Shown: positions 27,069 through 37,087, counted from the stretch's first letter. The stretch: DNA of 50,466 bases from a virus (IMGVR_UViG_3300024356_000616:1-50466); one strand, 5' to 3'. The notes: generated from the sequence alone by a model not told the origin. Translations and numbers: made by a program.

Positions 27069-30000
27069 TAAGAACCTCTAAACTTATTAATGGAGTTGTA
27101 TACTGCACCTAATTTGGATGAACCTTTTTCAAACCTCGCCTTACCATCATTCTGTGGTGCAAACTGACCTTTTTTGTAGGTCGCACCACGCATGATTACC
27201 TCGTGCTCACCTGCACGGAATTGCCCAGCAGAGTGGTGCTTCTTCCCAAACTTTTGCACACCGCTTCTCATCTTGTCCCATGCCTTTCCAGCCTTGTTGT
27301 ATTCCCTCTCAGCAGCTTTTGAGAAAGATCTTAGTGCGGGAATACTGTGTTGAAGTTCTGCACTAATTGCCTCAAGTGCAAAGTAGTCGCCGTCTTTTGC
27401 ATCCTGAATGAGGTGTTGTGCGTGCTCAGGAATAAGTTTTTGATTTACAAGAGAGTCAAGAAGTTTTTGCACACCACTGGAGTGCAGTACAGTGCGAGCA
27501 TGTTCCTTGCAGTACATCTCCCGCCTGTTGGACTCACTTGTCATATCTGCGTACAAGCTTGGATCTTGTTGCAGTGAGGATACAGCACCCTCTATGTCTG
27601 ACCACTTAGCACCCGGAACAAGTTGCTGGTACTTGCTCATGTGCTCAGGTTTTATTCCCTGCAAGTCAGGTGCAAGAAGGTCACCAACAGGTGGAAGTTC
27701 CTTGTTTGGCGTATTGTGCGCCCTTAGGAAACCTTCGAGGATCCGCCTTGCTTTGTTGAACTTGTAGGCTTTACCTGATTTGCTGAGTTGCTTTTTGGTT
27801 TCCCCTGTGCTGGCTTGCTTTGCAGGGGTGGGTGTCCCACCAGAATTGTTGGAAGACCCGGAACTGTTTTGATTTTGCTCATATTGTGCAATTATGTTGT
27901 TATAAGCTTGACGGGATTTGGGAAGCGCACCTGCACTATTCCAGTCTCCATTATGCCCGATAATTTCACCTTGTCCAGTGTTTTCTACCACACCTAGGTT
28001 ATTTTTTGTAGCAAATTGATCAATGGAACTTCTGTTCGATTTGTTTGGGTCGAACAGCATGATCTTTGTACCCTTCGCACCCGGCACAAGTGTCTTGTAT
28101 TGCAGGTTAAATTGATTCAACTGTTCCCTGAGTTTACCAAGGTCAGTCTCAGGGTGGTTAATGTGGTACAGGGAGTCAGGACCTTTTTCATTAGGGTGGA
28201 ATATAAGAACTGATTTTTTCTGTCCTGATAATCCGTGCCACGCAGCAAGGTAGCGCATCTTTGCAGGATCCACCTGTGCGTTGGATGTGTGCACTGTGCT
28301 CTGCTCACTGCCATTCGGCCAGTCGCCGATGGCAGTGGAAGAACTTGTCTGTATTCCAGCCTTCTGTGCAATCTGGTCATTCAGTTGAGCATGCGCAATG
28401 TTCTTTCCAGTACCCTGCTTTGCAACAGCATTACCAAAAGGAACATTGGTGCGCTGGGAAACAGGTGCGCTTTGCATCCCACCGTTTACTGGTGTGAACT
28501 GTGCGTACCGGATTGGTGAACCCGAACGCAGCAACCGCAGTATATTTTCTAATACCTTGGTTTTTGCAAAGGATTGCTTTGTTGCATTTTGTGCCAGTGT
28601 GACTTGAGATCTTTCTTTGTCTGCCCTACTGCGAGTCCTAGTTGCTTCAGCGTAGGCATTCTTCCTTCTTTCAACATCTGCTGGATTATGGGGTTGAATT
28701 GTTTTGAAATTGAGTGGTGTGGCATTGTTTAATTCTCCATTTTCCCTTTTTAGAATATGTTCAATTCCGTCTTTGTAAGAGTAGGATTCCACCCTAACTC
28801 CCATCATTTTGTATAGCTGTTGTTCATAATACCACAGCGCAGCTTGTATTTCATGTGGGTGCAGCTTTTTATCCTCCCCCATGATTGATGCAAGTCTGTT
28901 TGATACAAGATCAACCGCAGCATTCATCAATTTTCGTTCATTATTACTCCTTGGAACATCCTGCATTTTGTCCTTTTTTCCAAATACACTACCAAAGATT
29001 CTGTTCCAAGTTCTGCTAAACCAAAGATCTTTGGTAACATGCCTAGAATCTCGCATTAGATTTAAATAAAAGGGTCCTCCTTTAGGACCAAATAAATATG
29101 CGCCCGGATGATTAGCTGTGGTTCCCTCCTCATCTTTGTAGGGAAGGTTTACATTATTTTTTAATCCTTTAAGTAATTCTGGTGATTGGTCTGACCCAAG
29201 GAACTGTTGGAACCTTTCTGGTGTGTTGTACGTGTCACCATTTAATATTTCTCGCATATGTGCGAGCATTTCCCTTGTCACAGATCTTGAGGTCCAAGAT
29301 TTATATAAACGCTGACCATTAGCATCGTACAAAGGTATTTGTTGATTTTTCTTCGCAGCTAGGTCAAAGTCTTTAACACTTAATCTCTTTAAGTGCAAAC
29401 TACCGTCCCTGTTTTTCATGTAACTATAAAAAACATTGGATGGTCCTTCATCCTCGTCATCCTCAGAATTTTCATCCGCACCGAGTTTTTGTGCTTGGGT
29501 TTTATATCTATCCCGAAGTTCCACAAGTTTATCCAGTTTTGCGTAAGAAGAGAGCTTATTCACGTTTAGAGTAAGTTTTCTTACACGTGTCCCATCCTCA
29601 GCAGTTTCAATAACTGTTTTTGGTGCAAATCCTTGTTGTTCTAACATGGAAAGCATCAATGATTGTTTTTCAGGGTCGGCAACATTTAATTGTTTATTGA
29701 AGAACTTTTCAAGTTTTGGTTTCCAAACAGCAGAGGTTCCAAAAGTTTTACTGGAAAATCTTCCACCCTCCTCCCCTTTAATACTCTGATCCGGTGGAAC
29801 ATGGTGAAACACCCGCATATGATCATTTTTTGCAGCAGCATCTTGTGCAGCGTACTTAAATATATCAAATGCTTTAACGGCATTCAGTTTTGGGTTGTTA
29901 CCAAAGCTTGTGGGCGCAAGGAGCAGTTTAAACATAGCCATATTTGCTTTTTGCTGTCTTGCAATCTTTTCATCCTCGCTCCATTTCAAATCATGAAATC

Positions 30001-30964
30001 CTGTTGTAGGATCTGTAACAACATCCCCAAAAAAACCATGTTCTTTACCAGTAGCATCTTTAAATTTTAAATGCCTTGTGGCGTTGTGGTGGTTTGTCAG
30101 GTGAGCCAAACCAACTTCAAATTGCTTAAGATCTTGGTCGTACCATTCTGCACCACTGTGATCCCCATAAGTAAGCGCAGTAGTTAAATCATCACTTAGG
30201 CCATATCCACCCAGCGATATTAATAAACCTTCCCTTTCTGCCATTTCCTCATCATTCGCAGGTTCCTTGTTTTGCAGATGTTCAATAAAATTACGGATAG
30301 CTACTTGTTTATGTTTTTTGTCCAATTCAGGGTTACTTTTACCCATTCTACGGGTAAAGAAATTGATCATTTTGCCCAACTTGTGCAGTAGGACATCCCC
30401 AACATTTGATCTTTGTTTAGCTGCATCATCCCCGGAAGGATTAAAAAGATTATGGCTACTAATATTTTGCACAGAAAGTTTTAGTCTTGCTTCTCTTTCA
30501 AGTAATTCCTTGCGTTTGTCTGAGGGTAATTCATTGTCTTTTAGTGCTTCATGTACTTGAGATAACTCCCTGTGAATTTTTGATGTTTGGGCCAATTTTT
30601 CAATGTGATCGTTTACCACATTTTTGACATTATTTTCATTTGCAACTTTATTCGTAATTAAATATTTGTGATATCCAAGACTTTCAAGCCTTTGGTGCAG
30701 GTCATCTCTACCCTGAATTTTAAGTTTTTCAAAGGACGTTTGATCTTTTGGCTTGCTACTGGCTATTTGTTCTGCTGACCTTGTGGTGCTTGGTAAATTG
30801 TTTATATATTCAATAGATTTTTGCTGGGGGTTTTTATTAAATTCCCCTTGAACTGCTTGCACGTCCTGAATATTCGCCTTTTGTCGTGCGATAGGGGGCG
30901 CAGGTTGTGGTATATTAGAAGTATCAGTAGTATTATTTTTAGGTTTTAGTGGAGACTTTGCCAT
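27068..30964 (-). CDS. Large multidomain (polyvalent-type) head-associated protein
   Basis: 1298 aa between portal and protease; contains a WY..LLAPTS..GPK..F.LNL..VTKDLWF.R..QAALW domain. Confidence 0.7.
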   Translation of the reverse strand: MAKSPLKPKNNTTDTSNIPQPAPPIARQKANIQDVQAVQGEFNKNPQQKSIEYINNLPSTTRSAEQIASSKPKDQTSFEKLKIQGRDDLHQRLESLGYHKYLITNKVANENNVKNVVNDHIEKLAQTSKIHRELSQVHEALKDNELPSDKRKELLEREARLKLSVQNISSHNLFNPSGDDAAKQRSNVGDVLLHKLGKMINFFTRRMGKSNPELDKKHKQVAIRNFIEHLQNKEPANDEEMAEREGLLISLGGYGLSDDLTTALTYGDHSGAEWYDQDLKQFEVGLAHLTNHHNATRHLKFKDATGKEHGFFGDVVTDPTTGFHDLKWSEDEKIARQQKANMAMFKLLLAPTSFGNNPKLNAVKAFDIFKYAAQDAAAKNDHMRVFHHVPPDQSIKGEEGGRFSSKTFGTSAVWKPKLEKFFNKQLNVADPEKQSLMLSMLEQQGFAPKTVIETAEDGTRVRKLTLNVNKLSSYAKLDKLVELRDRYKTQAQKLGADENSEDDEDEGPSNVFYSYMKNRDGSLHLKRLSVKDFDLAAKKNQQIPLYDANGQRLYKSWTSRSVTREMLAHMREILNGDTYNTPERFQQFLGSDQSPELLKGLKNNVNLPYKDEEGTTANHPGAYLFGPKGGPFYLNLMRDSRHVTKDLWFSRTWNRIFGSVFGKKDKMQDVPRSNNERKLMNAAVDLVSNRLASIMGEDKKLHPHEIQAALWYYEQQLYKMMGVRVESYSYKDGIEHILKRENGELNNATPLNFKTIQPHNPADVERRKNAYAEATRTRSRADKERSQVTLAQNATKQSFAKTKVLENILRLLRSGSPIRYAQFTPVNGGMQSAPVSQRTNVPFGNAVAKQGTGKNIAHAQLNDQIAQKAGIQTSSSTAIGDWPNGSEQSTVHTSNAQVDPAKMRYLAAWHGLSGQKKSVLIFHPNEKGPDSLYHINHPETDLGKLREQLNQFNLQYKTLVPGAKGTKIMLFDPNKSNRSSIDQFATKNNLGVVENTGQGEIIGHNGDWNSAGALPKSRQAYNNIIAQYEQNQNSSGSSNNSGGTPTPAKQASTGETKKQLSKSGKAYKFNKARRILEGFLRAHNTPNKELPPVGDLLAPDLQGIKPEHMSKYQQLVPGAKWSDIEGAVSSLQQDPSLYADMTSESNRREMYCKEHARTVLHSSGVQKLLDSLVNQKLIPEHAQHLIQDAKDGDYFALEAISAELQHSIPALRSFSKAAEREYNKAGKAWDKMRSGVQKFGKKHHSAGQFRAGEHEVIMRGATYKKGQFAPQNDGKARFEKGSSKLGAVYNSINKFRGS

Positions 30965-31400
30965 GAATTACCTCGATTTTGCACTCAGTCATCCTCGTAA
31001 GGGGGGGAAGACTTATTCACAATTTCTGCTGTCGTTGTTGAATGGAAATAATGACCTAAATAAGCGAACTGTCGTTGAATTCCCAAAGTCGGGCGTAGTT
31101 CTTAGCATTAGTGGATCTTTTCATCATAACATTGACGGGGAAAATCCCACTAGGTGGTATGATTTTGACATTGAATCCACTTATGAGGGTAAGGTTGTAG
31201 GGTCGTATTCTTATCGTTCAGAAGGTCATTTTTACGATAACTACTGTTTGAGATACTTTCTCCCCAGTAAAAAGTGTGTAAAGAAGGAATTTGCTATTTT
31301 TGCTGGTGAGTGGACAGATATGCTGCTTTTCATTGAAAAACGAGAAAAAGCCAGAATAAAAAAACTAATGGCTTTAAATGCTTCAACAAATCCCAAATGA
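30963..31400 (+). CDS. Hypothetical protein, antisense to the head operon
   Basis: 145-aa AT-rich ORF filling the gap between minus-strand genes; GGAG upstream. Confidence 0.6.
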   Translation: MNYLDFALSHPRKGGKTYSQFLLSLLNGNNDLNKRTVVEFPKSGVVLSISGSFHHNIDGENPTRWYDFDIESTYEGKVVGSYSYRSEGHFYDNYCLRYFLPSKKCVKKEFAIFAGEWTDMLLFIEKREKARIKKLMALNASTNPK

Positions 31401-31691
31401 TCCATCCTTGCGCTTACCATACTTACCCGGCAGGTGCGTGTTAGTGCCAGATGGTACACTACCACTACCTGCTTCGTATTTTAAAGCTTCACCCCTTGCA
31501 GTTTTTGGTGGATCCCATTTTGGGCCTTGTGGTTGTTTATCACTCCTTTTGGAGTAATTACCACCAAATTTTCTTTCAAGTTCCGCATTATCTCTGCGCT
31601 TAGATTTCAGTGCATCACTACCACCTTTGATAGGTTTACCAGATATTTTGTACCCAATGGTGTGTTGTGTTTTAAAGTTATTTTCGGACAT
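31383..31691 (-). CDS. Small basic protein
   Basis: GGAGG RBS before MSENN; K/G-rich. Confidence 0.6.
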   Translation of the reverse strand: MSENNFKTQHTIGYKISGKPIKGGSDALKSKRRDNAELERKFGGNYSKRSDKQPQGPKWDPPKTARGEALKYEAGSGSVPSGTNTHLPGKYGKRKDGSFGIC

Positions 31692-32037
31692 GTTTTGCAC
31701 CTCCTATACTTGCATTAGCACCTCTAATAATTGTTCCGGGTCCTTGTGCTCCAGTTTTTAAATTGGTCTTTCCCGGAATAAGGGATGGTGCTGTTCCGAT
31801 CCCAGCTACTACATTTTTTACATTCCCGCTAAGTGCACCCCTTCTTGCAGAGTTACTTGCAACGGCATTAGCTTTGGGAGAATTACCAAGGGTGTTTTTA
31901 GCTCGGTCGAGCATATTATTTACACCCTTCTGTTGATCTGGAGTACCTTGCCCCAACATAACTTCTTGTTCTGCGCTGTTTCTTAAAGTTCTTGCAGCAT
32001 TTAATTTATTTGCAAAATTACCGCCCATGTTTTCCAT
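31678..32037 (-). CDS. Small basic G/N/A-rich protein
   Basis: Follows the portal gene; overlaps the next gene. Confidence 0.6.
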   Translation of the reverse strand: MENMGGNFANKLNAARTLRNSAEQEVMLGQGTPDQQKGVNNMLDRAKNTLGNSPKANAVASNSARRGALSGNVKNVVAGIGTAPSLIPGKTNLKTGAQGPGTIIRGANASIGGAKHVRK

Positions 32038-32075
32038 GTGATACCCTTTTCAAAGAAGTGAAATGTGAATTGCAA

Positions 32076-33572
32076 TTACGCAGTGGCGGGGGGCATTGAG
32101 CCCCCGCCCTGCGCCCCGTCTGGTGTAGGGGTACTTTGTGTAGTCGCTTCTGCACCTTGTTGTGCAGGCCCCGGTTGCCCTACTATTGGCACACCAGTCG
32201 GCTGACTCCCCATTAAAGACGGGTTAAGTGGCATATTCTGTGCAAGTATCGCATGACCGGGTTGTGGTCTTGATAAGCCTAGAACAGCCCTTAATTCATC
32301 CTCATCCAGTGTTCCACCCATCTGGTAGAACGCCTGTGCAGCTTGCAGTGTTTCCACTGCGTTTGGTTTGTCGATATCAAACACAAACTTGATTTGTGGT
32401 AAACCGGGGCAATTGTACTTTTGGAGCACCTTTACCAGATCATGTGTGATGGTTTCCTGCAAATTCATGGCATCATAGCGCACCATTCTTGAGTGCGTGT
32501 CTCCCATGATCGCAGCTTCACCCTCTGTCATTTCATTATTATCTGCACCCTGTATGTACCTGCGAATTTGCTGGTCAAAATACGCAGTAATAAGGTCATA
32601 CAGAAGTTGCGCACCTGCTGGTGAGGGGTCTATGCGCTCGATACCCGGACCACCTGTTGTGTTGTCCCTGTACCTTGGGAAAAGAATGGTGTTGTTGCGC
32701 ATTTGCTCTTCTGCGCACTGTTTTACTTCTGCAAGTGAGTTCGGGTTTCCAGCCTCAAAGTAGTACACCGTGAGTCCACCTGCACCAATACGCTCCAAGT
32801 AGTCCATCAGGAATGTCAGTACCTGACTGCGCAAATACCACAACCAGTAAATCTTGGAACGTATACCAACACCATGAATACCACCTGCAAGTTCACCCTC
32901 GTAGAAATCAGCATCCTCAGGTTCGTGCTTGTGGATAAGGATTTGCTCCCTCTCCTCTGGAGTAAAGAAGTGCGCCCTACCCCTGTCAGTAATTGCAAAG
33001 TCGCCCTGAAATGTTGCGTGCACAAGTATTCCAGCCTGCCCTGAGTAACGGAAAACCATCTTGTCCCCGTTTACAGGCTTGAAATCCTTCACAACCATGC
33101 GCTTTTTACCGTTTGCAAAATCCCAAGAGTAGTTCACCTGCACACCATATCGGCCATAGAAAACAGCCTCAAGCAGGTGCATCAACATCTGTTCGAATCT
33201 GGGAGTGCTCTTGAGTATGTCTGTGAGAAGTTTTGCTGCCTCAACCTGCGCAGTGTCTTCTGGATTTGCAGGTTCCAAGTGCCAAGGTAGTTGTGCAGTG
33301 GCCATCTGACGGGAGCGAATTGCTTCCATTACCACTGGGTCACGCCTTAGTGCAAGTGTGTTCTTTGCACTGTGTCGCAGTGCCTCATCAAAAGTGTACC
33401 TGTATGTGCGACTAGCCCAGTTCACAACCTGAGAGAAGGTCATGAAGTGTGGTAATGGCATTGCACCATCACCCGGAACACGTCCTTCTTTCTTCTGAGC
33501 ATCAGGGAAATCGTACCCTGACTCTTGTGGAGTTTGTGCGAATGGATCTGGAATTATTGCATCGTTTGCCAT
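32076..33572 (-). CDS. Portal protein (Mu gp29/DUF935-like)
   Basis: D.V.....R..A...LPW..P, LLEAVFYG, YLER.G and L.ETI..DLV patterns; size and position. Confidence 0.88.
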   Translation of the reverse strand: MANDAIIPDPFAQTPQESGYDFPDAQKKEGRVPGDGAMPLPHFMTFSQVVNWASRTYRYTFDEALRHSAKNTLALRRDPVVMEAIRSRQMATAQLPWHLEPANPEDTAQVEAAKLLTDILKSTPRFEQMLMHLLEAVFYGRYGVQVNYSWDFANGKKRMVVKDFKPVNGDKMVFRYSGQAGILVHATFQGDFAITDRGRAHFFTPEEREQILIHKHEPEDADFYEGELAGGIHGVGIRSKIYWLWYLRSQVLTFLMDYLERIGAGGLTVYYFEAGNPNSLAEVKQCAEEQMRNNTILFPRYRDNTTGGPGIERIDPSPAGAQLLYDLITAYFDQQIRRYIQGADNNEMTEGEAAIMGDTHSRMVRYDAMNLQETITHDLVKVLQKYNCPGLPQIKFVFDIDKPNAVETLQAAQAFYQMGGTLDEDELRAVLGLSRPQPGHAILAQNMPLNPSLMGSQPTGVPIVGQPGPAQQGAEATTQSTPTPDGAQGGGSMPPATA

Positions 33573-33578
33573 GATGTG

Positions 33579-33603
33579 GACCCCGGCCTTTTAAGCCGGG
33601 GTC
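33579..33603. promoter_or_regulatory. GC-rich hairpin 6 nt upstream of the portal ATG
   Basis: GACCCCGGC-N7-GCCGGGGTC with no U-tract. Confidence 0.55.
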
Positions 33604-33733
33604 AATGTGGTTATAACCGTGCCATGTGGGAAATGGCAGAAGTGTCCCTACCTATAAGATACCTTTTGCATCTTTATTGTCAATTGAATTATACTTAAAT
33701 ACATTGCATAATTTTTCTGCATTTAATTTTTTG

Positions 33734-33831
33734 TAAAGTTATGCTGCTATGCTTGCCGATTACTTTTCTACTTGTAGAATGTGCTTACATGTAAGCAATT
33801 TACATGCTTTTTCCTTACAAGGAGTGCTGCA
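33734..33831 (+). promoter_or_regulatory. Conserved promoter-leader cassette (copy C)
   Basis: TAAAG..TGCTGCTATGCTTGCCGAT..TAGAAT, 16-bp palindrome TGCTTACATGTAAGCA, AGGAGTGCTGCA-ATG. Confidence 0.7.
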
Positions 33832-34029
33832 ATGATCCCAACTTCAATGTTTGTGTTTAAGTTCTCAGTCCCGTCTCAAACATACCCCGGATCTTCCGTG
33901 CAATGTGAGCGCAAAGTGCGTGCCTGTGGTATTGATGATGCGAAACAGAAGTTTGAGCAAGAGTTTTTAGAGTGGGGCGAAGAAGTACCAAAAGATGCAG
34001 CATTGTACGAAATTTGGGGAATCCAGTAA
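33832..34029 (+). CDS. Small hypothetical protein
   Basis: AGGAG RBS; first gene of a plus-strand mini-operon. Confidence 0.7.
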   Translation: MIPTSMFVFKFSVPSQTYPGSSVQCERKVRACGIDDAKQKFEQEFLEWGEEVPKDAALYEIWGIQ

Positions 34030-34199
34030 TGCGCCACGATGCAACCCTATTACAGGCCCTAGAACGCATTGAAATTGCGTTCAGGGCCTCTAAGCCACAC
34101 ATACTCATGCAGGATGCAATAGTGCTCTATAAGGCAATTAAGGAGGCTCAGAATGCGAGAACACAAAATGTACGAAACACTGATGTTCATTCAGGGTGA
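34029..34199 (+). CDS. Small hypothetical protein
   Basis: TAATG coupling with the previous gene. Confidence 0.6.
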   Translation: MRHDATLLQALERIEIAFRASKPHILMQDAIVLYKAIKEAQNARTQNVRNTDVHSG

Positions 34200-34440
34200 A
34201 GAGGCGCACGAATGGCTTGAATATCTCGATGCAATGGGTGCAGAGAGAACATTGCAACAACTCAGGCAGGAAGGGTATTGGGATATCCCAGAATACTCTT
34301 TTGATGAAGCACCATGGGGGGAGTGCGATAAATTGCACTTCGCAGGAGACTATGTCCTTAATTACAACACTGCGATTGGTTACATTGGTGTTGTGAGAGT
34401 GCGTAAAGTATTGGATAAGATTTATAAGAACCAATTGTGA
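34153..34440 (+). CDS. Small acidic hypothetical protein
   Basis: AAGGAGG RBS. Confidence 0.7.
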   Translation: MREHKMYETLMFIQGEEAHEWLEYLDAMGAERTLQQLRQEGYWDIPEYSFDEAPWGECDKLHFAGDYVLNYNTAIGYIGVVRVRKVLDKIYKNQL

Positions 34441-34477
34441 AGAAAATATTCTAAAATTTTAGTCTGGTGTATTTTGT

Positions 34478-35233
34478 GGGACCCCCCCTCCGGGTCCCCC
34501 CCTTTTTGCACAAATTTTCCGATGTGCGATTTGCCGTACTCGTAAGTGCTTGCAGTGTAAGGACTTCCGAATAGTGCACATAGCAGGTAGCAAATATACA
34601 CTGTGTGATGCCTGCGCAAAGCGTGTGCCAATAATAGTGGACAGTGCAGGGTGCAAATAGCCTGCTGCCTGCTAAGCTTGACAACACTGTGGTGCACGAA
34701 TAGTGCACAACATTAGTAGGAATATAGCAGGTGGTGCGCAGGATGCGCACAGCATTATCCCTGCAATGCAGGTAGCTAAATCGGATATTTGTATCTTGTT
34801 ATTAGTGCACTAATATGATAGATAGATCTTATTTTGCTACTTCTGCTTCCAAAGCATAATTAGCTATAAGTGCAGGTGCAATATCTTAAGTTATGTACTA
34901 GCCTGCTATATTGCTACTATTTAGATAGCTAAATCTTATTTAGCTACTCTGGTTGTATTATCACTCTTATAATGATAATCGTTGGTGCACTCTGTGCACC
35001 TGCATGTTATAACATCGGAGCAGGCTGAGCACAACAGCAGTATGTGCGATTGCCTGCGACATCCTTATCACCGCAGTGGTGCATATCATGCACTTCATGC
35101 AGGGGGCGCACTTGGTGCGCTACATCTTCTATTCATAGCAGGCTATGCGCACAGCGCATCACATTGCTCTAACTATTGCAGGCTATTGCACTTATGTGCA
35201 ATCACATGCAGGCTTTTTGCAGGCAGGCTGGTG
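34478..35233. other. Non-coding motif-rich region; candidate packaging/terminus site
   Basis: C-tract inverted repeat GGGACCC-N7-GGGTCCC followed by many GCAGG(C/T) motifs; no credible ORF. Confidence 0.45.
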
Positions 35234-36811
35234 TCATCCACCAAATATCCCACGTGGAGTTGTTGCACCCATTGCGCCCAGTCCAAACATACCTCGGAAT
35301 TGTGGAGTGCGCAGGGTGTAATCTGTTGGGGCAGGCTGTTTTACAGCAGGTGGTTTAATCCATGGTCCTGTGTGTTGCAGGCCAGCTAGTGTAACCAAGC
35401 ACATACCCATTGCAACTGTTCTATCATCATGCAGGCCATTGGTGTGGTCGAACCTATATGTTGCACCACTACTCTTTATGATGAGTGCAGCCATTTCATC
35501 CACAAGTGTTTCTCGTTTCCTACCAACCTGCAATGGCGCAGGATCTGCATACCATGCAAGTCTTTTATTCACAAGCAGGCTGCGCAGCAGTTCAGCCATC
35601 TCATAATTGCTCTTTCCAGACCTGCCATCGAATCTTTCGACTCTTAAACGCCCCTCATATTTTTGCACAGTGGCTTCCATTTGCCACGGATCAATGATGA
35701 TTCTTGGGTTGAAAAAGTTTGCTGCAACTCCCTCAATCCAACTATCAACACTTGCAATTGGCACTGGATTTCCCGGTGTTCCCTGAAGTATATCTAATCT
35801 GTCAAGCACATACACACCATCAGAATCCAAGTGCATCACACACATTGCTGTGCGGTCTCTTCTGGCCCCGTAGTCCACTGAAGCAACATATTCTGTGCCG
35901 TGCAGACCGACAGTGTTGTAAACCAAGTTTTTCTCAACTCCCAGTTGAGTACCAATTGCAATTTCTGATCTAGTTAAATACCCAGACTCTTCAGCAGGGT
36001 CAATCCACACATTATCAAGTACTCTTTTTGCAACACCTGCTGGTAGAAGTGCACGGTCTCTCTGTATTGCTTCTGCATCCATCCATGAATTAAGTTGTCC
36101 GGGTGCTTCAAACACAGTCCAAGTGGGATCCACCATTACCTGTTCGAGTATTTGGTGCTGCCAGCTACCAAGTGTACCTGCGTTTGTAATTACAACAAAT
36201 ACTGAGCCGGGTCGCTTCTGGCGACCCGACCAAAGAGTATCCCACAAGTCTCTTTTCTTCCAATGTGTAACCTCGTCACATACAACAAGATCACTGCGCA
36301 AACCGAATGATGTTGCACTATCCGCAGTAAGGATCTTAAGGATTCCGCCCGGACCTTTGATGCGCTTGGTTCCAAACGTAATACGTTTTGCAAGCCAAGG
36401 GTTTAAGCGTGCTTCTGCTGCCATGGATTCAGTAAGTAGTGCAGCTTGGTCAAAATCTGCTGCTGCTGCAACAATTTCAATAGGCTTACGGCTGAATGCA
36501 AGTACCCAGTTGCAAAGGCGTGCAAGTCCAGTTGTCTTGTCATGTCCACGTGGTAATGTTTCCCAAGTGTTACGTGGTCCCTTGTAATCTGGTCGCAGTC
36601 CGCACAATGCCTCAATAGGCTGCATCATGTAATCTGCACGTTTCCATTGCCAGTCACGTGCAACGTGTGCAAATCTTCTGGGCTCAGGGCGTGAATCAAT
36701 AATTACACTGTCCAGATAACCCTTCACACTACGTGCGCTAGCAAGCTCTGCAATTGCATACGCCTGCTTAAGCTTGTTTTCCAGTTCTGTTCTTGTGTAA
36801 CCTGCTGACAT
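35234..36811 (-). CDS. terL: Terminase large subunit
   Basis: Walker A LPRGHDKT, Walker B VVCDE, coupling motif ITNAG, nuclease VDYG..RD and HDD. Confidence 0.93.
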   Translation of the reverse strand: MSAGYTRTELENKLKQAYAIAELASARSVKGYLDSVIIDSRPEPRRFAHVARDWQWKRADYMMQPIEALCGLRPDYKGPRNTWETLPRGHDKTTGLARLCNWVLAFSRKPIEIVAAAADFDQAALLTESMAAEARLNPWLAKRITFGTKRIKGPGGILKILTADSATSFGLRSDLVVCDEVTHWKKRDLWDTLWSGRQKRPGSVFVVITNAGTLGSWQHQILEQVMVDPTWTVFEAPGQLNSWMDAEAIQRDRALLPAGVAKRVLDNVWIDPAEESGYLTRSEIAIGTQLGVEKNLVYNTVGLHGTEYVASVDYGARRDRTAMCVMHLDSDGVYVLDRLDILQGTPGNPVPIASVDSWIEGVAANFFNPRIIIDPWQMEATVQKYEGRLRVERFDGRSGKSNYEMAELLRSLLVNKRLAWYADPAPLQVGRKRETLVDEMAALIIKSSGATYRFDHTNGLHDDRTVAMGMCLVTLAGLQHTGPWIKPPAVKQPAPTDYTLRTPQFRGMFGLGAMGATTPRGIFGG

Positions 36812-36880
36812 TGTATCACCTGCCTATTATGCTACATTGCAATAGGTTTCTATATTACCCCCTATTTAAGGAGTTGTGAA

Positions 36881-37087
36881 GTGTCAAATTCTGAGTATGG
36901 TGTTGAGAAGTTCTATTCCCTGCGTGCTACATTCAAAAAGGATGTGTACCAATCGCAGTGGCAAAAGGACATGCACAAGATGTTTGATTTTGGTAACCAG
37001 CTTACCAAGCATAGAAGGGATTTACTGCACTATCAGATACTAAGAGATGATGGTTCTGTGGTCTTTGATTCGCACCATTGCAATTAG
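36881..37087 (+). CDS. Small hypothetical protein
   Basis: AAGGAG RBS, GTG start, followed by a terminator. Confidence 0.6.
   Translation: MSNSEYGVEKFYSLRATFKKDVYQSQWQKDMHKMFDFGNQLTKHRRDLLHYQILRDDGSVVFDSHHCN

Noticed and set aside
23827-33572. Transposable Mu-like phage
   Set aside because: Head genes are Mu-like, but there is no DDE transposase or MuB, and the phage has an integrase and its own polymerase
34422-35389. ORFs 34422-34697, 34451-34750 and 34982-35389
   Set aside because: Cys/His/Ala bias simply reflects the TGCA/GCAGG motifs; no RBS seen
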